Origin: a virus
DNA: 64,000 nucleotides
Virus record (IMG/VR): IMGVR_UViG_3300027724_000012
Span: 1,124-65,123 of that record
Direction: 5' to 3' (one strand)
Shown here: piece after piece, positions 9,868 through 20,393 of the stretch
Numbering within the stretch: the first letter of the stretch is position 1
How the letters are laid out: every line of letters begins with the position of its first letter
Notes under the pieces: generated by a model
Told to the model about the DNA's origin: nothing
What the model saw: only the letters and a program-made list of their open reading frames with translations
Database searches by the model: none
Program-made: the position numbers and the translations under genes

Positions 9868-12800
9868 TAGTATGGTTTGTTCGTAACATACGTTACTATA
9901 TTTTTTATATATAGTTTTACGGAGTCAAAGGTACTAAAAATAAATCTATAATATAGATAGTTATCATTTACTATATTTTTTTCTGAGGTTTGTTGAGAAA
10001 CTTGAGAATAATCTCCGTAATTAGTTATTATTGGTTCTGGTTTACAATTATCTTTTATAAGTACTGGAGCATTATAATTTTGAGTATAATCTCGTATCTC
10101 ATTAAATCTAAATCCATTATTAACTCTAGTAAGATCTATAGATGTTGTCTTATCTTTATTTATATCTGGTACATTAGCACTATTACTATCTACTGATTTT
10201 ATAACGTTTAGGTTTATTAATCCACTTGTTTGCCAGTTATTTAGTATAGCTACTTGATTAAATGTAACATCTCTATCTCTCATATCTCCTATTTTAGCTT
10301 CTGTATATATATCAGTACTTTGATACTGAATTGTACTTTGATCTAAAACAGAATTAAAATCTATCATACAACCTTCGAAATTATCATAATATGTTGTAAA
10401 TTTATCTGTAACATCGTGCTTATAAATAGAGTTATTATGAAGAGTAAATAAATCATTTCTATCATATAAATACTCTTGTGGAATATAAGAATGAAAAGAT
10501 ATCCATTTTTTAGAACCTAAATCATAACTCATTGTATAAGAGTTACCTTTATCTGATTTAGTAAATAGTATTCTACTATATCTATAATCTATTCCTATAG
10601 CATAATATATAGTATTTTCTACTTGTTCGAATTTACAAGAATCGGTATTACAAAATTTAAGATACTCTTTAAAGAATTTATTCATCTTTGTATTAGGTCC
10701 AGATAATATCTCAAAATTACTACCTGTAAAAAGAATAAGATTTTTAGAATTATAATCTACAAATATAAAACCTAATCCTGTGACAACTCCATGATTTGGA
10801 TGATCTAAACCAAATGCTCCTTCTGGAGCACTGTTAGTTATTAATCTAGGTTGTGTTATCATATTAGGAGAACCTAGTAATAATTCACCTACACTTGTTG
10901 GTACTCTAACCTGACCTAAGTTAGAACCATAGATTCCATCAGTAGTATGTAAATATAAATTAGATCCAATAGTATACATCTTAGTTAATTTTCCATACGC
11001 TTCTTCTAGCATTATAGCACTATTAGGTCTAACTACAGAGTAACCATTTACGTAATGTCCTGTATCGTTTTCATCGCTTATATATATTTTGTTCATTGTA
11101 AGATCAGTACATATACATCCTGTATACTCCATTGGTAATCCTACAATAGTTGGATCAAAATGATCTATAGAATAATCATTATTATAGTTACCAAAGTTCA
11201 TAAAGAACTTTTCTATCTTTTGATCTTCTCCACCATCTTCATCTTTTTTACAAGCTTCTAATCCTAAAAATTTATCTACAAAATCATTAGTAAACAATAC
11301 TTGAGATACCATTAACCATACAGCCATCTGTATGACAGCACCAACCATATCACCAGCAAACTCTATACCTGTTTGTGGACTAGTCCAATCGTTTATACCT
11401 AATAATGGTAAAGCTATATTTATAAAACTTTTTATAAGTACTTTTAAAGCTAACTTAACATTAGATGCTTGTTCTATTAGTTTATAATATAAGTTTAGAT
11501 AACCAGTAGTCCAGTTACCACCTGTAGTATCTCTAGAGTGTAAAGAATATATAGGTTTAATTTCTGGAAACCATTGATTCTCAAGTAGTTCTGATTTTTC
11601 TCTCAACCACGGATTAGCTTCTGATTCTCCTACATAAGATATCAAACATTTAGTTGTTGCTGGATAGTAGTAATGAGATTCTGTTGGTTGTAATCTAGAT
11701 TGACTCCATGTTTTAGTTATAGGGTTAGTATGTGTACCAGCCCATCGTTTAGCATCTGCAGCATCACCATCTTTAGGTAACGCTTTCCAATACCATTGAC
11801 CAACTGTACTATGTATAGCATCTTCAGGATCGTCACAAATACATCTATCTACTTTACCAGTTAATCCAGGAAAAGAACCTATAGGAAAATAATTACCAAC
11901 TTTATCAGATACATATCCTGTTTTAACAAATGAGTATGGTCCTATATAAGTATCACCAACTAACCCTTTAGGTGATAAATCAAAACCTCTAGCTTGTATT
12001 ATAGTAGTATAGTTTAAAGATGTTATATCTCCATACTGATCTCCTAAATCTCTATATATAGAAAAATAACCAGCTCTAGCTTCAGCAATAGGAGCTGTAT
12101 CTTGTAATACATCACCTACAAAAGAATCATCATTTATACCTTGTCCGACTCCAGGAGCTGTAAACCAAGCACAAGATTGTCCACTCATATTATTAAATGG
12201 TATAGATGCCCCAGTTGGTGGAGATACAGCTGTATTAGCTGGTGCATATGTTTGACCAACTAAAGGTACTCTAGTATTAGATGGACTAAAACTATGCATT
12301 GTAACAGTATGTACAGACCCACCTTGATCTTTTCTAGATGCTCTATTATCACCAGGTTCTAAACCTTTACTATATAACATGTGTCTAGCACCAGTACCTT
12401 CCATTATACCTTCTCTGATAATATGAGTACCATTTAAGAAAGGTGTTCTAGTAAGCTGATCTAAACAATACATATTTATATTAGATGGATCATCTGATGT
12501 TCTACCAAATCTTCGTTGTTGACCATCAGAATCTATATGCTTAGATACTTTTTCCATAGAGTTTACACTATATTTATAATATAGATATCTTTTACCTTGA
12601 TTAAATCCAGTATATGTTTCTGTAGCCATACCTTTCATAATCATACGAGAGTTACTAGCACCACGTTTAACCATTCCTATATTGTAAGGATTAGTAGCAC
12701 ATAACTTAGCTTTTATGTTATCAGGTATGTTTACATTTGTAAACTCTACTCCTAGTAGAATAGCATAACCATCCATTATAGAAGCATCTGTTTGATATGT

Positions 12801-15362
12801 AGATCCATCACCTGTACTCTTTGGTACCCAAAAAGGTATATCAGAATTTTTAGGCATCTCGTGATGAGTAACTACAGAACCACCTAATCCGCAAAATATT
12901 TGATTACCATTACAATCTGTAATACACGGGTATTTAGAATTCTTTTCTGGTTTAGGTTTAAGTTTACCTCTAGCTACTAATGGATACTTTATATATATAC
13001 CTTCTTGTACTTGTATTGTTTGTGTATCATATGGGATTAAATTTCCATCATCATCATATTTTACACCTTTATCATCAGAAGGTGTTGTATCTTGTTCATG
13101 TCTATTATGCTCTACTAGAGAATCTGATGAGTAATTAAAAGAACCTTTACCATCTATAGTATGTGGTTCATAGTCGTAATAAAATCTTTCTCTTCTTTCT
13201 ACCGCATCTATAAGATCTTTAGCAGCATCTCTAAATTTAGCTATAGTTTTAACAGGATTATCTAATATTTGCGCAGGTGACATACCTACGATTCTATTAT
13301 CACTTTCTGTAAAACCAGGTTTGTTACCTGTAGTTTTTGTTTCGAATATATAATTAGATATAGCATTATACCAAGTAGCGCCTATTTTCTCAGCATCTGG
13401 TGAATCTTTTTGAGCAATAGCTTTATCTTTTTTATCGTCTTTTACATTAGCAAACTGATTTAGTTCATCTTTAGGAAAACTAGATGATCCACCAGATGGT
13501 AGTGTACCTGTTATTGTAGTATCTCCATCTGGACCACTCATAAGTAAATCAACATTACCATCTTCACCTTCTCCACCACAATCTATACAACCTTCTTGTG
13601 GTTCTATTGCTGGACCTATAGCTTGTACTATATCATCCATATCTGTATTCCACTGTTCTACTGTTTCTCGTAGTATTGGTATAAACTTTTCTTCATTAGG
13701 ATTATTAACTGTTGATTTAGAACAAGCTTCTCTTACTCTTTTATATAGTAATCCTAGTTTAATATTAACAGAAGCATTACCACCTATAGATGTAGATCCA
13801 CTAATACTTGGTTTAGTATTAGCACTTTGACCTCCTCCACCTCCACCACCAGATATACATATATTACAACCTAATGTAAATTGTGTACCATCCCACGGTC
13901 TAATAAAAGATTGACCATCTATATCGATTTTATAATCACCTTCTATTGCTAATACTGTTTTATCAAAATTAGTATATAGTTGAGTAGCAGTGCAAAAACT
14001 ATTAGTATCTATATAATAAGGAGATGTTGTAGTAGCATCACAACCACCTAAAGCTAATAAAATAGATTGATTATCATCAACAAATCCATCTACCAACTTA
14101 GAAGATCCTCCACTACCAGACGAACCACCTCCACCAGTTGATGATGTTAGTGGTTCTGTACCAGAAAATGGATCAGATGCACATCCACCTCCACCAGATA
14201 TACCTGGTATATGAAACCCAAATCCTTTTTTACCGTTTTCATAATTAGGAGAAAACGCAAAAGCATATGTTTCTCCACGTAAAAAACTTTTTAATCCATA
14301 TGTTTTTACATCTGCTAATGGTACTTTAACAGCATACCAATTAGCTTGTATTTGATTAGCAATTGGTTGAAAGTTATATTCAAACTCTGGAGTTGTTCTG
14401 TAATATAACGCTCTATTATCGTGTATAAGAAGATCTTCACCTTCTATATATGTTCTAGAGTTTATTAATAATTCTGCTTTATCTATTGCTGGTATATCTT
14501 CTGATCCTGTATATTGTATTGTAAACTGTTTACCTGATATATATTGAGCAGGTAAAGCCTTTGTTATTGTATTTGCATTTACTATTTCGTGTACAAAAAA
14601 TTCTATTTGATCAAATACACACGATGCATTTTGTACAGTTATTTCTATACGTTTATTAGATATTTCACCAGCTACATTATTATTACCACCTATGTGTATA
14701 GCAGGTGTCATTGGAAATGGATTACTATATCCTCCTTGGTTGTTTTTATATCTACCACCTATAAAGTATGTACCATTTCTAAGAGAACCACCTTTTAAAG
14801 CTATTGCTTCTATGTGTGGATCGCATGATTTTTTAAATACTTTAAAGTATTCACATGTTCTAACAGTACATCCTTCTCCGCAACCAGAAGAAAGAGATTG
14901 TTTTAAACCAGCTTTTCTTTTAGGATCTAATAACTCTGATAGGTTAAGATTATAGTATACTTTGTTTGAAGAGTATGTTAACCATAAATCACATATATAG
15001 TTATCATAATCCCAAGCTTGCACCCATTCGCAAGCAGAAAATCCCCAATCACATCCAAACTCTGAATCGGATGCTACAAATTTAGTTGTTTCGGTATCGT
15101 GATTAAATAGATGTAGTTCTCCACTCTGTAGTAAAATTACAGTAGAATTTATTTTATTTATATATTTTCTACCAACAATTTTAGATCCATATGAAGCTAC
15201 TAATCTATTTGAGTGTTCATTACTAATATAGGTATTTTGATTATTATCATTATTGATAATATTCATCGCATATCTATAACTTTTATTATCTGTTATATTT
15301 ATGTGATCATCCCAGTTTAATCCAGAACCAAAACTATTTACTATTCTTTCGGATTTACTCAT
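9867..15362 (-). CDS. Tail muzzle / tail stabilization protein
   Basis: 1831 aa; N-terminal NSFGSGLNWD...YRYAMN, central SFLRGETYAF and C-terminal WISFHSYIP motifs typical of crAss muzzle proteins; synteny after the ring protein. Confidence 0.75.
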   Translation of the reverse strand: MSKSERIVNSFGSGLNWDDHINITDNKSYRYAMNIINNDNNQNTYISNEHSNRLVASYGSKIVGRKYINKINSTVILLQSGELHLFNHDTETTKFVASDSEFGCDWGFSACEWVQAWDYDNYICDLWLTYSSNKVYYNLNLSELLDPKRKAGLKQSLSSGCGEGCTVRTCEYFKVFKKSCDPHIEAIALKGGSLRNGTYFIGGRYKNNQGGYSNPFPMTPAIHIGGNNNVAGEISNKRIEITVQNASCVFDQIEFFVHEIVNANTITKALPAQYISGKQFTIQYTGSEDIPAIDKAELLINSRTYIEGEDLLIHDNRALYYRTTPEFEYNFQPIANQIQANWYAVKVPLADVKTYGLKSFLRGETYAFAFSPNYENGKKGFGFHIPGISGGGGCASDPFSGTEPLTSSTGGGGSSGSGGSSKLVDGFVDDNQSILLALGGCDATTTSPYYIDTNSFCTATQLYTNFDKTVLAIEGDYKIDIDGQSFIRPWDGTQFTLGCNICISGGGGGGGQSANTKPSISGSTSIGGNASVNIKLGLLYKRVREACSKSTVNNPNEEKFIPILRETVEQWNTDMDDIVQAIGPAIEPQEGCIDCGGEGEDGNVDLLMSGPDGDTTITGTLPSGGSSSFPKDELNQFANVKDDKKDKAIAQKDSPDAEKIGATWYNAISNYIFETKTTGNKPGFTESDNRIVGMSPAQILDNPVKTIAKFRDAAKDLIDAVERRERFYYDYEPHTIDGKGSFNYSSDSLVEHNRHEQDTTPSDDKGVKYDDDGNLIPYDTQTIQVQEGIYIKYPLVARGKLKPKPEKNSKYPCITDCNGNQIFCGLGGSVVTHHEMPKNSDIPFWVPKSTGDGSTYQTDASIMDGYAILLGVEFTNVNIPDNIKAKLCATNPYNIGMVKRGASNSRMIMKGMATETYTGFNQGKRYLYYKYSVNSMEKVSKHIDSDGQQRRFGRTSDDPSNINMYCLDQLTRTPFLNGTHIIREGIMEGTGARHMLYSKGLEPGDNRASRKDQGGSVHTVTMHSFSPSNTRVPLVGQTYAPANTAVSPPTGASIPFNNMSGQSCAWFTAPGVGQGINDDSFVGDVLQDTAPIAEARAGYFSIYRDLGDQYGDITSLNYTTIIQARGFDLSPKGLVGDTYIGPYSFVKTGYVSDKVGNYFPIGSFPGLTGKVDRCICDDPEDAIHSTVGQWYWKALPKDGDAADAKRWAGTHTNPITKTWSQSRLQPTESHYYYPATTKCLISYVGESEANPWLREKSELLENQWFPEIKPIYSLHSRDTTGGNWTTGYLNLYYKLIEQASNVKLALKVLIKSFINIALPLLGINDWTSPQTGIEFAGDMVGAVIQMAVWLMVSQVLFTNDFVDKFLGLEACKKDEDGGEDQKIEKFFMNFGNYNNDYSIDHFDPTIVGLPMEYTGCICTDLTMNKIYISDENDTGHYVNGYSVVRPNSAIMLEEAYGKLTKMYTIGSNLYLHTTDGIYGSNLGQVRVPTSVGELLLGSPNMITQPRLITNSAPEGAFGLDHPNHGVVTGLGFIFVDYNSKNLILFTGSNFEILSGPNTKMNKFFKEYLKFCNTDSCKFEQVENTIYYAIGIDYRYSRILFTKSDKGNSYTMSYDLGSKKWISFHSYIPQEYLYDRNDLFTLHNNSIYKHDVTDKFTTYYDNFEGCMIDFNSVLDQSTIQYQSTDIYTEAKIGDMRDRDVTFNQVAILNNWQTSGLINLNVIKSVDSNSANVPDINKDKTTSIDLTRVNNGFRFNEIRDYTQNYNAPVLIKDNCKPEPIITNYGDYSQVSQQTSEKNIVNDNYLYYRFIFSTFDSVKLYIKNIVTYVTNKPY

Positions 15363-16456
15363 TAGAATTTACCTATTAGTTTATTTTGAGAATTTCTTTT
15401 ATCACCTACAAACGCATTATGATGAGCTTCCCACTTGTAATTTGGTACTTTACGAACCCAATGATTTCTAATAAACATTTCCCACTCATCTGGAGTAGGT
15501 GTAGCTAAATACATTCTAGCTTGTTTAATCTTTTTATCTCGCAACTCTAGAGATTGTTGCCAAAATATTCTATCATTTTGTTGTTTAGTTTTTCTATAAT
15601 TTATATATGCTAAACGTTCTTCTATCCATTGTACTATAGTATCATATACTAGTGGAACATCTGGTATCATAAGATAACCTTCATCGTCTGTATTAGATCC
15701 TAGATAAGCTAATAATACTTGACCTTTTTTAAAGTTAACAAGTATATTTGGAAGATGTATATCATATTCTACAGCAGAATCTGTATTTATATTTATACAC
15801 TCGTTTACGTGATAGGGTACATTGTAGAAATAACTAGATGTTCTACGCATAAGAGAAAAGTTAGGATGTAATGTACACTCGTGTTTACAATTATTTCCTA
15901 TACAATCTTGATGCACATTAGTATGTCTATGATAATTATGTGGATACTTTTGATCGTAGTAATGATCTTTTACACTATGTGGATCTAAAGTTCTACCACC
16001 GTAATAATGATGAGAATACTTATACATGTATGAAGGATTCTTTAGTAAAAAATTATGATCTACATCTAACTTTAATACTTCTGCTCCACAATTATCATAA
16101 TCTCCACAATTATCGCAATGTACATCCAGTTTTAACTCACAATCAGATCCAAATATCTTTTTAGTATATTCTACTATTTCTCTAGAATCATAATGATGGT
16201 GATGATATGGATGATGATCATCATGTTCTATATGATAACCAGCTTGTAATACATATTTAAAATTAGATGGTATTAATGCTTTATAATCTTTAACATCTAG
16301 TAACGCTATATTATGAGAAAATTCTTCACCTGGAAGAATTCTATCTAAAGCATCATTAGCAAATCTGAGTATTTGATTTGGTTCTATATCAGAGTTACCT
16401 GTTTTATCTATATAGTCTTCTATTATAGATTTTATTGATATGTAGTTTTTGTTCAT
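15362..16456 (-). CDS. Tail ring/tubular (adaptor) protein with His/Cys-rich insertion
   Basis: NYISIKSII start and NFKKGQVLLAYLG..TDDEGYLMIPD motif as in crAss ring proteins; immediately upstream of the muzzle gene. Confidence 0.7.
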   Translation of the reverse strand: MNKNYISIKSIIEDYIDKTGNSDIEPNQILRFANDALDRILPGEEFSHNIALLDVKDYKALIPSNFKYVLQAGYHIEHDDHHPYHHHHYDSREIVEYTKKIFGSDCELKLDVHCDNCGDYDNCGAEVLKLDVDHNFLLKNPSYMYKYSHHYYGGRTLDPHSVKDHYYDQKYPHNYHRHTNVHQDCIGNNCKHECTLHPNFSLMRRTSSYFYNVPYHVNECININTDSAVEYDIHLPNILVNFKKGQVLLAYLGSNTDDEGYLMIPDVPLVYDTIVQWIEERLAYINYRKTKQQNDRIFWQQSLELRDKKIKQARMYLATPTPDEWEMFIRNHWVRKVPNYKWEAHHNAFVGDKRNSQNKLIGKF

Positions 16457-16460
16457 TAGT

Positions 16461-16931
16461 TTAAGTTAGCGCATCGTAATCTTTCAAGTATGGATCTTTA
16501 GAACATTTTAATATTTCTTTAGCTAGTAGTAAAGTATTTTTCTTAGTTAGTTCGAAGTTATAGAAAGATTTATTTTTAAATTTACATTCTTCTTTATCCC
16601 AATACCATCTAAAATAATAACCGTTAGTATGTTTATTTAAATGATATACAGTTTTACCTAACTTTCTTGTATTATTAAAATCTATTTTTGGTCTAATAAT
16701 ACCCTTTAGTTTTCTTTTTTTAATTCTATGTAATCCTAAAGTTAGTGGTAATTTATATCTTTTTCTACCAACAATTATTTTGTTTGTATATTGATTAAAA
16801 AAATCCTTTATAAGAGCTATAAAAGTTTTCTTATCTATATGTTCTTTTATTGGTAATGTATCATAAAAATCATATATTGTATATGTTAATCTATATAACT
16901 CCTTTCTTTTACTACTTACTCTATATTTCAT
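16461..16931 (-). CDS. IHF/HU-like DNA-binding protein (crAss tail-module IHF)
   Basis: Basic 156 aa with YKLPLTLGLHRIKK and HLNKHTNGYYFRWYW; located between ring genes as in crAss phages. Confidence 0.7.
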   Translation of the reverse strand: MKYRVSSKRKELYRLTYTIYDFYDTLPIKEHIDKKTFIALIKDFFNQYTNKIIVGRKRYKLPLTLGLHRIKKRKLKGIIRPKIDFNNTRKLGKTVYHLNKHTNGYYFRWYWDKEECKFKNKSFYNFELTKKNTLLLAKEILKCSKDPYLKDYDALT

Positions 16932-17653
16932 TACTTAGCTGGTTGTGGATTATTTACAATACTATCTAATCCATCTGATGTATTATCTGTTATAACTGAT
17001 TTACCTCTCATTAAAGCTGCTGTAGATATCTCATATAATCTAGATAATAATTCTGGATCTATTGGAAACTCAGAATCTAGATAATTATAACACGGATCTA
17101 AATTACCAGCACAATCTATAATAGCTTCTACTATATGTGGTTCATAAAATATACCTTTTATTCCTATACCTTTTATAAATGTTGGTTCATTGCTCCATAC
17201 ATAAACGTAGACTCCGCTTCCTGTATTTTGTAAGTAATAATAGGTACCGCTTAATTGTGCTGGTAATCTAGAATGTAATTTATATTTAATTAGATCTGGA
17301 TCTATAACAGATAATTTTATTACTTCTCCAGATTGATTTAGTGGAGTAGTAATAGATTTTAAATGTACTGTATGTGGGATTGTAGTTTTGGTTCTAAGAA
17401 GTATACATTTTAAAGGTGGAACGCATTTTAGTATGTCGTTATCTACTTCTTCTAACTCTAAGAATGGGATTGTTTGATAGTTTAATTCGCTAAGTTTATC
17501 TTTTTCTTTTTTTTGAAATAACAAAGTAGCTCTAAAGTTTAACAGGTGGAAATAAATCCACCTGTTACTAACTCCTATCTCATCCGAAAGCTCTTGTTTA
17601 TCTAGATAATCTTTATAACCATAAATTACCTCACGATTTTTTAATCTTTTCAT
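16931..17653 (-). CDS. Tail ring protein
   Basis: 240 aa; YQTIPFLELEEVD, GIFYEP and DSEFPIDPEL motifs resemble crAss ring proteins; synteny. Confidence 0.6.
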   Translation of the reverse strand: MKRLKNREVIYGYKDYLDKQELSDEIGVSNRWIYFHLLNFRATLLFQKKEKDKLSELNYQTIPFLELEEVDNDILKCVPPLKCILLRTKTTIPHTVHLKSITTPLNQSGEVIKLSVIDPDLIKYKLHSRLPAQLSGTYYYLQNTGSGVYVYVWSNEPTFIKGIGIKGIFYEPHIVEAIIDCAGNLDPCYNYLDSEFPIDPELLSRLYEISTAALMRGKSVITDNTSDGLDSIVNNPQPAK

Positions 17654-17999
17654 TTATTTTTTTCTTAATTATCTCTTGTATCTCTTTACATTTTTCGAAG
17701 TCTTCTTCTTCTTCGTAAATTGCTAAGATAGATTTTAAATCATCTACAGAGTTTTGATCTAGATTTAAATCAGCAATAGCGTCTAATGCGTTTTCTCTAG
17801 ATACATCATCGGTAACATTCATATCTAATGGTATTTTAAATAATAAACCACCAACAAATACTTGTAATAATTTATCATCTGGGTTTAACATTATGTAAGC
17901 ATTATGTTTTTTATTTCTATACATAAAAAACTCTTTAAGATTTTTAGTATACCACCACACTTCTAGTTCAAACAAAATCTTTTTTATCCACTTAACCAT
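17631..17999 (-). CDS. Hypothetical protein with C-terminal UVR-like coiled motif
   Basis: EEEEDFEKCKEIQEI resembles the UvrB/C-type motif. Confidence 0.4.
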   Translation of the reverse strand: MVKWIKKILFELEVWWYTKNLKEFFMYRNKKHNAYIMLNPDDKLLQVFVGGLLFKIPLDMNVTDDVSRENALDAIADLNLDQNSVDDLKSILAIYEEEEDFEKCKEIQEIIKKKINEKIKKS

Positions 18000-19192
18000 T
18001 AATAATTAATATTTATATTGTAAATTAATCCATCAGTAGAGTTTATAATACACGCTTCTGCTTTAGGAGATGTTTTATAACCTTTTGATAATTCCCAAGT
18101 ACTTGATTTAGCTAATGATGGTAAAAATTTAACAAAACAATTACCTCTAAACTCTTTAACTATTTGATGATGTAAATGTCCACAAAAAGTATATCTAAAT
18201 TTGCTATCACCCCATTGTTTAGGAAACTCGCTAGCCATAATTAGTGGATAATCACCTTCTCTCATCTCACCGTGCTCAAACATCAATAAAGAACTACCAT
18301 AAATATATTCTTTAAATAATTGAGTTCTATTATCTACTGTAATTTGAGCATCATTTCTAAAATAAGATGATACTAAATCACCAAGATAAAACATTTTATT
18401 AGCGTCGTGATTACCTGGTACATTTATTATATCTATTGGTAGATTGAATTGTTTTAAAAACTCTACAGAATGTAGTAATAAGTTTTTACCAAAATTCCAT
18501 GTTTCTGTCCAAGTATTAAAATCAAATTGTGGTGTACCTTTAGTAGTTGCGTAATTACTATCGCTATTAAAGAAATCGTTTCCTATTACATACACTATTT
18601 TTTCTATTGTTGACATATCAGTTTTAGATATAATATTAGATAATACATTTATGTATTTTTCTACTATATCCATAGATAGTGTCTCCCTACCAATATGGTA
18701 ATCTGGAAGTGAGAGAAGTAATATATTATTTTGATTTACTGATTTTTTGGTAAACTTAAATTGATTTACCGGAGAATATTTAGATATATCTTCTATAATA
18801 GAATCTCTAAATTGTTTAATTTGAATTGGTGTAATATTATTAGTATATGATTTAAGAGTTTCTATACCACCACCTTTTGTTTGTACTTCCCATTTAGATT
18901 TAAGTACTAAATTTTCATACTTTTCTGAATCTACGTTATGTCCAGAACTACCAAAAATATCAGCGTTAGATAAGAAGTTTTTATTGAGAGTGATATTAAA
19001 GCGTTCTCCTTTTACTCCTGGTATATCTTTATTTTTACAATTTTCTATAAACTTATAATAATCTTTCTTACATAAATTAGCTCCATTTTCTGTTGGATAT
19101 CCATAAACTCTTGCTAATTCTTTAAATGTTTGTTTATCTTTAATTATAACATTACACTTAAGATCTTCTAAAAATTTTTGTCTAAAATTCAT
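17999..19192 (-). CDS. Calcineurin-like metallophosphoesterase
   Basis: Full motif set DYHIG, GNDFFN, GNHD, FEHG, GHLHH. Confidence 0.85.
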   Translation of the reverse strand: MNFRQKFLEDLKCNVIIKDKQTFKELARVYGYPTENGANLCKKDYYKFIENCKNKDIPGVKGERFNITLNKNFLSNADIFGSSGHNVDSEKYENLVLKSKWEVQTKGGGIETLKSYTNNITPIQIKQFRDSIIEDISKYSPVNQFKFTKKSVNQNNILLLSLPDYHIGRETLSMDIVEKYINVLSNIISKTDMSTIEKIVYVIGNDFFNSDSNYATTKGTPQFDFNTWTETWNFGKNLLLHSVEFLKQFNLPIDIINVPGNHDANKMFYLGDLVSSYFRNDAQITVDNRTQLFKEYIYGSSLLMFEHGEMREGDYPLIMASEFPKQWGDSKFRYTFCGHLHHQIVKEFRGNCFVKFLPSLAKSSTWELSKGYKTSPKAEACIINSTDGLIYNININY

Positions 19193-19210
19193 TTGTTTGT
19201 TTTTACTTAC

Positions 19211-19750
19211 TTAATTACTTTCTATCTCTTTACAGAGAGTTTTGTATTTTAGGATAATGTCTTCTAAAAAAGATCTATCCCATTTAAAATCTGTTGATCT
19301 GTTTACAACGTATTTATCTTCTAGTTGTTTTACAGTATCTTCGTTATAACGCTTTATAAGACCGTTTCTATAGCGTATGGTACAATCCCTTATATTTTCT
19401 CCTTTCGTACCACCATGAACATTTAACTCATCAAATCCAGCTTCTGGATATAATTCGAACTTCAAATAGTGACAAGCATCATAACCTTTGATATCTGTTA
19501 ATACCGTTCCAGAACCATATATACAATCTTTACCAAGATCTCTTAATCTAATCCATCTTTGAAACCAATATCTAGCATCTTTTTTTAATTTAGCTATTGT
19601 TGGTAATTTCTTTTTTGGAGTTGGTTTCTTTAAAGATCTATTAAGTTTAGCATTAGATATAATTTTAGCACATCTATCACAGTTATCGTTTGAGAAAAGT
19701 ATCTTTTCCTCTCCGCAAGTCTTACAAATCTTTAGTTTTCTCTTTAACAT
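19211..19750 (-). CDS. NinG/Rap-like recombination endonuclease
   Basis: N-terminal CxxC...CxxC, FQRWIRLRD, DACHY, FDELNVHG; matches the lambda NinG pattern. Confidence 0.75.
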   Translation of the reverse strand: MLKRKLKICKTCGEEKILFSNDNCDRCAKIISNAKLNRSLKKPTPKKKLPTIAKLKKDARYWFQRWIRLRDLGKDCIYGSGTVLTDIKGYDACHYLKFELYPEAGFDELNVHGGTKGENIRDCTIRYRNGLIKRYNEDTVKQLEDKYVVNRSTDFKWDRSFLEDIILKYKTLCKEIESN

Positions 19751-20393
19751 CTGCTATATCTTTAGTTAAAATATCTAATTTTGATGATATACTTAATAAA
19801 TAATTCTGCAAATTTACATACTTTTTAGAACTTTCATCATATATAAAAGAAAAATTTTGTAAATTATTTTTAATATTTGATAATTCATCATCTAATTTAG
19901 ATACAGCTTGTGGTATAGTTAACTCAACTTGAGAGTTATTTACTTTACCAGATACAGATATTAATGATTCTTTAGCGTTAGAAGATAGTGTGTGATCTCC
20001 TTTATATTCTACTTCTATACCGTTTTCAACAACAGTAAAGTTATATTCTAATCTCGCGGGATAAGAAGATAATGGTATATTTACAGATTCGATATCTCTA
20101 TTAGATGTAAATATTTTACCATCCTTACCATATATATTGATAAGAGATGTTTTAATATTAGAAGAATTAAACTGAGACGTTAACTCTCTAACATCATGAG
20201 TAACAGTAACCATAGATGGTGTAGTTAATGAAGTATTAACTTTAACCATATTTGGTATAGATGTAACAGATGCTCTATCAGAAGATTTAAGCATAACTGT
20301 TTCAGTAACCCCTTCCGTTTTAGAAGAGGTTACTAAAATAGTTTCTTTATTTGTGTTATTAAATTCCATTAGCAACCTATTAAATATCTCCAT
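19722..20393 (-). CDS. Hypothetical virion-associated protein
   Basis: 223 aa, beta-rich N-terminal part and C-terminal coiled coil; overlaps the giant Cys-rich gene. Confidence 0.45.
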   Translation of the reverse strand: MEIFNRLLMEFNNTNKETILVTSSKTEGVTETVMLKSSDRASVTSIPNMVKVNTSLTTPSMVTVTHDVRELTSQFNSSNIKTSLINIYGKDGKIFTSNRDIESVNIPLSSYPARLEYNFTVVENGIEVEYKGDHTLSSNAKESLISVSGKVNNSQVELTIPQAVSKLDDELSNIKNNLQNFSFIYDESSKKYVNLQNYLLSISSKLDILTKDIADVKEKTKDL

